Below are positions 58,573 to 64,000 of a stretch of DNA of 64,000 nt, one piece after another. Position 1 is the first letter of the stretch. Every line of letters begins with the position of its first letter. This DNA comes from Candidatus Sericytochromatia bacterium. GTDB taxonomy: Bacteria; Cyanobacteriota; Sericytochromatia; S15B-MN24; UBA4093. Under the pieces are notes generated by a model. The model was not told the DNA's origin, ran no database searches, and saw nothing but the letters and a program-made list of their open reading frames with translations. The translations under genes and the position numbers were made by a program. The DNA lies in the NCBI GenBank assembly GCA_036676495.1, contig JAKFCT010000046.1, positions 1 to 64,000 on the forward strand. Direction: 5' to 3'.

Positions 58573-59339
58573 GCAACCCAACCTACCCCCGGAAACCCGA
58601 CCTCACCAAGATCCGTCCCTACGGCGACACGCTCGACGACGGGAAGGTCCAGCTGAGCTTCACCCTGCCGGTGCCGGCAGGCCCGGAAGCCTACGAGGCC
58701 GCCAAGCGGCTCGTGCTCATGATGGGCCTCGAGGATCCGTCGATCGTCTCGATGCAGGCGGTCGACCCCACGCTGACCTACTTCATCGTCTACGGCGCCT
58801 GCACCAAGACCGTCGACTTCACCAGCATCTACGTGCCCCGCTCCGAGTTCACCGTCATGGACATGGGTGAAGTGGACGACCTCATCGAGAAGGAATTCGG
58901 GCGCGAGCTGACGATCGTCGGCGCCTGCACCGGCACCGACGCCCATACCGTGGGCATCGACGCCATCATGAACATGAAGGGCTTCAACGGCCACTACGGC
59001 CTGGAGCGCTACCGGATGATCAACGCCATCAACATGGGCGCCCAGGTGCCCAACGAGACGCTGGTGGCTCGGGCGATCGCCGAAAAGGCCGACGCCATCT
59101 TGGTCTCCCAGGTGGTCACCCAGAAGAACCTCCACATCATGACCCTCACGAACCTGATCGAGATCCTCGAGGCCGAAGGCCTGCGCGGCAAGATGGTGGT
59201 GGCGGTCGGCGGCCCCCGGATCACCCACGACCTCGCGACCGAGCTGGGCTTCGACGCGGGCTTCAGCGTGGGCTCCTACGCCGAGGACGTCGCCAGCTTC
59301 GTGGTCCAGGAGCTGATTCGGCGCCGGGACGCCCAGTAA
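58569..59339 (+). CDS. kamE: Lysine 5,6-aminomutase beta subunit (B12-binding)
   Basis: IRPYGDTLDDGKVQLSFTLP, GTDAHTVGIDAIMNMKG, SQVVTQK, GGPRI. Confidence 0.95.
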   Translation: MSNPTYPRKPDLTKIRPYGDTLDDGKVQLSFTLPVPAGPEAYEAAKRLVLMMGLEDPSIVSMQAVDPTLTYFIVYGACTKTVDFTSIYVPRSEFTVMDMGEVDDLIEKEFGRELTIVGACTGTDAHTVGIDAIMNMKGFNGHYGLERYRMINAINMGAQVPNETLVARAIAEKADAILVSQVVTQKNLHIMTLTNLIEILEAEGLRGKMVVAVGGPRITHDLATELGFDAGFSVGSYAEDVASFVVQELIRRRDAQ

Positions 59340-59344
59340 GCCGT

Positions 59345-59422
59345 CCGTCATTCCCGCGAAAGCGGGAATCCAGTAGGCTCCCGCTTTCACGGGAGTGACG
59401 GGGGTTGGGAGCGGGAGTGACG
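59345..59422. repeat. REP/RPE-like palindromic element, copy 3
   Basis: CGTCATTCCCGCGAAAGCGGGAATCCAGTAGGCTCCCGCTTTCACGGGAGTGACG. Confidence 0.8.
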
Positions 59423-59559
59423 GGTGACGGACACTCCCCCGCTCCCGCAACGCGGGAGCGGGGGATTCCTTTTTGAAAAACGCCCCGTCGCCGGTTTGTG
59501 CGCGTTGCGGGAGGTGCTAGATTGGCCTCGGGAACTCCCGCCCCCGAAAGGAGAGGGCC

Positions 59560-60441
59560 ATGCGCGTGCATCACCTCAACTGCGGAACCTGGTGCCCTCC
59601 CGCCGCCCGCCTCTTCAACGGCACCGACGGCTACGCCTCGCCCGGAAAGCTCGTTTGCCACTGCCTGCTCATCGAATCGGACGAGGGCCTCGTCCTCGTC
59701 GACACCGGCCTGGGCGTCCAGGACCTGGAGGACCCGAGCTCCCGCATCGGAGCCGGCTGGACCGCCCTGATGCGCCCCGAGGCCGACCCGGAACAGAGCG
59801 CCCTGCGGCAAGTCGAAGAGCTCGGCTTCTACCACGACGACGTCCGGCACATCATCGTCACCCACCTGGACTTCGACCATGCCGGCGGCATCCCGGACTT
59901 CCCCGAGGCCAAGGTCCACGTCTTCGAACCCGAGTACGAGGCCGCGATGCACCCCGACACCTTCCGGGAGCGCTTCCGCTACAAGCCCAACCAGCTCAAG
60001 CGGGCGCATGAGTGGGTCCGCTACGAACTCGAGGGCGATCGCTGGTTCGGCTTCGACGCGGTCCGCACCCTGGGAGACCTCAACCTCGACATCCTGCTGA
60101 TCCCGCTGGCCGGCCATACCCGCGGCCACTGCGGAGTCGCCGTTCGGACGCCGGAGGGCTGGCTGCTGAACGCCGGAGACGCCTACTTCCATCACGACGA
60201 GCTCTGGAGCAAGGGAGAAGAGCCCCCCCTGGGCCTGAAGCTCTACCAGAGCGTCATGCACATGAACAAGCACAAGCGCCAGGCCAACATGGACCGCCTC
60301 CGTGCGCTCGCCCGGGAGCAATCCCGCCAGGTGAAAATCTTCAGCTCTCATGATCCGTCCGAGCTCGCGGCCTTCCACGAGCCGGAGCTGGTCTACCCGC
60401 CGATCGGGACCGAACCCCGCTTCGGGCGCAGGCCCCGATAG
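59560..60441 (+). CDS. Metallo-beta-lactamase-fold hydrolase
   Basis: VDTG, THLDFDHAGG, GHTRGH, AGDA, terminal HD. Confidence 0.9.
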   Translation: MRVHHLNCGTWCPPAARLFNGTDGYASPGKLVCHCLLIESDEGLVLVDTGLGVQDLEDPSSRIGAGWTALMRPEADPEQSALRQVEELGFYHDDVRHIIVTHLDFDHAGGIPDFPEAKVHVFEPEYEAAMHPDTFRERFRYKPNQLKRAHEWVRYELEGDRWFGFDAVRTLGDLNLDILLIPLAGHTRGHCGVAVRTPEGWLLNAGDAYFHHDELWSKGEEPPLGLKLYQSVMHMNKHKRQANMDRLRALAREQSRQVKIFSSHDPSELAAFHEPELVYPPIGTEPRFGRRPR

Positions 60442-61343
60442 GCCTCGGAGCGCCAGATCCACCAGGGCTCGCGCGTCTCCGTGACGATGGTCTCCGGAGG
60501 GAAGAGCTTGCGCACCGCCCGGTTGAGATCGCACCACATGAAGCGGATGCCCGAGCACGCCCGCGCCCGGGTCCGCTCCTGCAGCCTCCGGATCAGCATC
60601 GGCGCGAGTCCGCCTCCCTGCACGTCCCGGCTGAGCGCCAGCTCGTAGAGGAAGACCTCGTCGGGAGCGGAAAGCGTGGCGATGAGTACCCCCACGAGCC
60701 GCTCCCCGTCCAGCACCATGGCGCTCACGTCCGGCAAGAAAGTCCCGAAACGGCCTTCCCGGATCTCAGCGAGCCGCGTCATGCAGGCCTCGGGGGTGGG
60801 CAGCTCGGGAAAACACAGGAACAAGCCGTCGATCGTGCCCTGGGTGCTGGCTGAAAGCAGGCTGGCCGCCTCCGGGTCGCGGGCCGGATCCCAGTCGATC
60901 AGCCGGAAGGGCTCGGGGACGTCCAGGGGCGCCGGAGGCACGCGGCAGAGCTCCTGGACCATGTCGATCCGCTCGATGCGCTGAAAGCCGTGCCGCTTCA
61001 GGCCAGGGGCCAGCACGGCCTCTCCGAAGCGCTCGGGAGCCATGAGCGCGAGGGTGCCGGCGGCTTGAAGGGGGGCGATCGCCGCCTCCAGGAGCGCTTC
61101 GCGCGCTTGCGGGTCCCGCGCGTAGAGGCCGCCCAGGATCCGGACCTCCTGACCCGGCAGGAAGGCGAAGCCACGGGGTCCCTGAGGCATGGCCCAGATT
61201 CGCAGGTGCTCGGGAGTCGCGAAGACGGCGTCGCGGAGGCCCACCACCTCGGGGGCCTCCGCGGCGAACTCCGCGAGCAAGGTTTCGACGGCCAGGAAAT
61301 CCAGCGGGTGAAACGCTCGGAGCAAGCTACTTCCGATCGGCAA
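60393..61343 (-). CDS. GNAT-family acyltransferase, probably two GNAT domains
   Basis: C-terminal FLYELALSRDVQGGGLA (motif A); N-terminal half ends in LKRHGF; overlaps the upstream gene by 17 nt. Confidence 0.75.
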   Translation of the reverse strand: MPIGSSLLRAFHPLDFLAVETLLAEFAAEAPEVVGLRDAVFATPEHLRIWAMPQGPRGFAFLPGQEVRILGGLYARDPQAREALLEAAIAPLQAAGTLALMAPERFGEAVLAPGLKRHGFQRIERIDMVQELCRVPPAPLDVPEPFRLIDWDPARDPEAASLLSASTQGTIDGLFLCFPELPTPEACMTRLAEIREGRFGTFLPDVSAMVLDGERLVGVLIATLSAPDEVFLYELALSRDVQGGGLAPMLIRRLQERTRARACSGIRFMWCDLNRAVRKLFPPETIVTETREPWWIWRSEAYRGLRPKRGSVPIGG

Positions 61344-62289
61344 AGGGATTGGTCCCCGGCATCATGCGCCGGGTCTGCTTACCCAGGGGCTGGGTGGACT
61401 TCGCAGGCGAGGTGAGGGAGCCGGACTTGCCGGGAGTGGCGGACTGCTTGAAGGGCGGCTCGGCGGCCGGGGCCGCGTTGGCGAAGAGCTCCGCCAGCTC
61501 GGGATAAGGAGCGAGTTGCTCGGCCAGGCGCTCGAGGTAGAACATCTTGCCGCGAAGCTTGTAGAAAGCGCTCGTGTTTCCCAGGAGATGGGAGAGCTCC
61601 CAGTCGTACTCTCCGACTCCCTTGAGGGCCCGGTAGGCCTCCTTGAGCAAGGCCTGGGTATCCTGGAAATGCGTGATCGCCAGGGAGAGGACGGGCTTGA
61701 TCTCGGGGGCGTTCGCGACGGCGGTGGCGGCCCGGGAAACGCGGATCGGATCGACCGTCGTGTCCGGCAGCAACGGCTGCTCGGGGTTCAGGATGCGCTG
61801 CACGATCAGGACGGGCTCTTGGACATCCGCCAGCAGCAAACGCGCAGCCGCCGCATCCACCTGGGCTTTGGCCAGGAGGTACGGCTTGCTCTGGGTCGAG
61901 TCGGAGAACTGGACGTCCTGGGGGGCGGCCGCCGCGAGGCCGGCCCGGATGGATTCCAGGTTGGCCCGGTAATCATGGCTTTGGATCGCGACCATGGCCT
62001 TGCTTGCCTGGTAAAGCTCCTGGCTGGCCCGAAGCTTCTCGAGGAGCGGCCCATCACCCGGCGCCGGAGGCCCCGCCTCGACCTCCGCGATGAAGGGGGT
62101 CAGCTGGGAGATCATCCGGTCGTAGTAGGCAACGCGCTCGAGGTTCTGCTTCAGCAGGCCGTCGAGCTGAGCCAGACGGGCACGGGAGTCCCGCTGCACC
62201 TGCTCCTGGAGCTCCGTGAATTGCTTGCGCAGCGCCTCTTCCTCGGCGATCTCCGCGGGGCTCCGGGGCTGGGGGTTAGGGTTGGCCAT
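61327..62289 (-). CDS. Hypothetical helical protein, large subunit of module copy 2
   Basis: Paralogue of 62584-63567 (shared EKLxAS, ANLE, YLLAKA, DWxL, KLxGK). Confidence 0.8.
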   Translation of the reverse strand: MANPNPQPRSPAEIAEEEALRKQFTELQEQVQRDSRARLAQLDGLLKQNLERVAYYDRMISQLTPFIAEVEAGPPAPGDGPLLEKLRASQELYQASKAMVAIQSHDYRANLESIRAGLAAAAPQDVQFSDSTQSKPYLLAKAQVDAAAARLLLADVQEPVLIVQRILNPEQPLLPDTTVDPIRVSRAATAVANAPEIKPVLSLAITHFQDTQALLKEAYRALKGVGEYDWELSHLLGNTSAFYKLRGKMFYLERLAEQLAPYPELAELFANAAPAAEPPFKQSATPGKSGSLTSPAKSTQPLGKQTRRMMPGTNPFADRK

Positions 62290-62301
62290 GTCGCTTCAGG
62301 C

Positions 62302-62556
62302 TCAGCTCCGCTGCAAGGTCAGCGAGCGCTGCTGGCGCATCCGCTCGAGCGCTTGATCGTCCACGGCCCGCTGGGCGGCGGCATCCGCACGCTGATTGTC
62401 TTGCTGATTGCCCCGCATGGCCTGGCTCATGGAGTTCAGGCCGCTCTGGATGCCTTGCAGCATTTGAATGCCCTGCTGAAGGACCCGTGAGACCTGGTTG
62501 ACGATGTTGCTGACCTGATTGACGACGTTGCCGATGGCTTTGACTGCACCGCCCAT
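62302..62556 (-). CDS. Small MGGAV heptad-repeat protein, module copy 2
   Basis: TAAGGAGG RBS; MGGAVKAIGNVVNQVSNIVNQVS. Confidence 0.8.
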   Translation of the reverse strand: MGGAVKAIGNVVNQVSNIVNQVSRVLQQGIQMLQGIQSGLNSMSQAMRGNQQDNQRADAAAQRAVDDQALERMRQQRSLTLQRS

Positions 62557-62583
62557 GACGGACCTCCTTATCGGTTTAGGAGC

Positions 62584-63567
62584 TTATCCCTGCTTGTTGA
62601 GGAGCCGGCCCGTGCCGCCCAGGTTGCCGGTCTGACCGGGCTTGGATGGCCCCAGCTTGCCCGTCTGGTTGAGGCGGCCGGTGCCGGCGCCGGTCACCGG
62701 AGCGGGGGTCATCCAGGCATGCTCGCGCTGGTAGGGAGGGGGCTCGACGGGCTCGGGCTTCAGGAAGATCTCGGCGAGCGGCGTGCCTTCCACCTGCTCC
62801 GGCAGGCGGTCCAGCTGGAGGAGCTTGCCCTTGAGCTTGCCCCAGACCTTGTCGCCGAACTCGTGGATCAGATCGAGGGACCAGTCGAACTTCCGGATGC
62901 CGCGGACGACCTTCTTGCCTTCCTCGACGAGGTCGCGGGACTCCTTGAAGGTCGAGAGCGCGAGGTTCATCTCGATCTTGAGCTTGGAATCCTTGTCGAG
63001 GCAATCCTTGATCTGCAGGACCAGCGGATTGTCGACGTCCTTGCGCTGAGGGGCGAAGTACCATTCGAGGATGGACATCGGCAGGCCGTGGCCGGCCAGC
63101 TTCAGCCGCGCTCCCGCGACGTCGGTCTCGGCCTTGGCCAGCAGGTACTCGGGAGCCTCGCTGATATCCGTGAACTTGGCCTCCGGGTTGAGCTCGCCCG
63201 AGGCGATCTCGAGGTTGGCCTTCATCTCCCCCATCTGCAGCTCGACGAGGCGGATGCCCGCTTCGTAGAGGTCCAGGCTGGCCTGGAGCTTCTCGCCGAT
63301 CATCTCGGCGTAAGGGGAGGGAGGAACGGACTCCATTTCCTTGAGAAGCGGCCGCAGCTCGGCCAGCTGCGCCTGCAGGAAGGCCAGGCGAGCCTGGTTC
63401 TCCTGGATCATGTCGGTCAAGGCGTTGCGGGTCTGGCCGGAGATCTGCGTCACTTTCGCGGTGATCTGCTCCAGCTCCCCGCGAAGACGCTCGGCTTCGG
63501 CCTGAAGGCGCGCCTCCTCGGCGGCTTCCTCGGGGGTCTGGATGGGGCCCGTTCCTCGGTTCTGCAT
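62584..63567 (-). CDS. Hypothetical helical protein, large subunit of module copy 1
   Basis: AAAAAGGA RBS; coiled-coil N-terminus; C-terminal TGxL repeats. Confidence 0.8.
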   Translation of the reverse strand: MQNRGTGPIQTPEEAAEEARLQAEAERLRGELEQITAKVTQISGQTRNALTDMIQENQARLAFLQAQLAELRPLLKEMESVPPSPYAEMIGEKLQASLDLYEAGIRLVELQMGEMKANLEIASGELNPEAKFTDISEAPEYLLAKAETDVAGARLKLAGHGLPMSILEWYFAPQRKDVDNPLVLQIKDCLDKDSKLKIEMNLALSTFKESRDLVEEGKKVVRGIRKFDWSLDLIHEFGDKVWGKLKGKLLQLDRLPEQVEGTPLAEIFLKPEPVEPPPYQREHAWMTPAPVTGAGTGRLNQTGKLGPSKPGQTGNLGGTGRLLNKQG

Positions 63568-63599
63568 GATGTGTTTTTCCTTTTTAGGTTACCAGCGCC

Positions 63600-63929
63600 T
63601 TAGAACGCCTGGCGAACGGCCTGAACGGCTGAGTTGAGCTGTTGGAAGGGTTGGGCGATGTTCTGAACCTGACCGGAGGCCCGCTGGAGGAAGCCGCCCA
63701 CTTCGTTGCCGGCCGAGCGAGCGACGTTCGCCCAATCGTCCACCGAGCGCGCTTCCTGAGCCCGCTGCCGGATGCCGTCGAAGATCTTGCCGAAGTCCCC
63801 GAACATGTTGCTGAAGCTCGAGATGGCCCCCGAGATGTTGTTGACGATGTTGCCGATCGAGCTGATGGCGTTGCCGATCCCCTGGACCGCGTTGGCGACG
63901 TTGCTGATGGCGTTGACTGCTCCACCCAT
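63600..63929 (-). CDS. Small MGGAV heptad-repeat protein, module copy 1 (109 aa)
   Basis: GAGAGGAGG RBS before ATG 63929; MGGAVNAISNVANAVQGIGNAISSIGN. Confidence 0.8.
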   Translation of the reverse strand: MGGAVNAISNVANAVQGIGNAISSIGNIVNNISGAISSFSNMFGDFGKIFDGIRQRAQEARSVDDWANVARSAGNEVGGFLQRASGQVQNIAQPFQQLNSAVQAVRQAF

Positions 63930-64000
63930 GGTTGGCCTCCTCTCAACTTTCCCTGTTACATCAGGACGAGAATCGCGTTGCTGCTCCTCTTGTACCAAGT

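Noticed and set aside
63600-63929. WXG100/type VII substrate call for the small proteins
   Set aside because: No central WxG motif (DDWAN in copy 1, no Trp in copy 2) and no FtsK/EssC-type ATPase in the window.

Overview
High-GC chromosomal window with no rRNA, tRNA, CRISPR array, integrase or transposase that I can detect. It opens with housekeeping genes: 3' end of recA, rny, ymdB, spoVS, a PHP hydrolase, hpf, a PilZ gene, tatC, two degenerate HyfB/HyfC-like membrane genes, hom and thrC. Next come an adenylate-cyclase/AAA/TPR protein, a subtilase lipoprotein, a type IV pilus/T2SS cluster (including a PilM-PilN fusion), a Fur-boxed feoAB operon with two extra Cys-rich genes, an Slt transglycosylase, suhB, aroF, an orphan FliD-like protein and an IscA with a Cys-rich tail. 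The second half holds a candidate ~200-nt sRNA, an MCP-MCP-cheW-class I kinase operon with no cheA, NamZ, an SPFH lipoprotein and lysine 5,6-aminomutase genes (kamB, kamD, kamE). The window ends with the most unusual locus: a duplicated two-gene module (small heptad-repeat 'MGGAV' protein plus ~320-aa helical protein) coupled to a GNAT acyltransferase. The gene content (rny-ymdB-spoVS plus a secretin, cyanobacteria-like hpf/hom/thrC, no photosynthesis genes) suggests a non-photosynthetic cyanobacterial relative such as Sericytochromatia; this is an inference. All calls come from motif recognition by eye, with no database searches.
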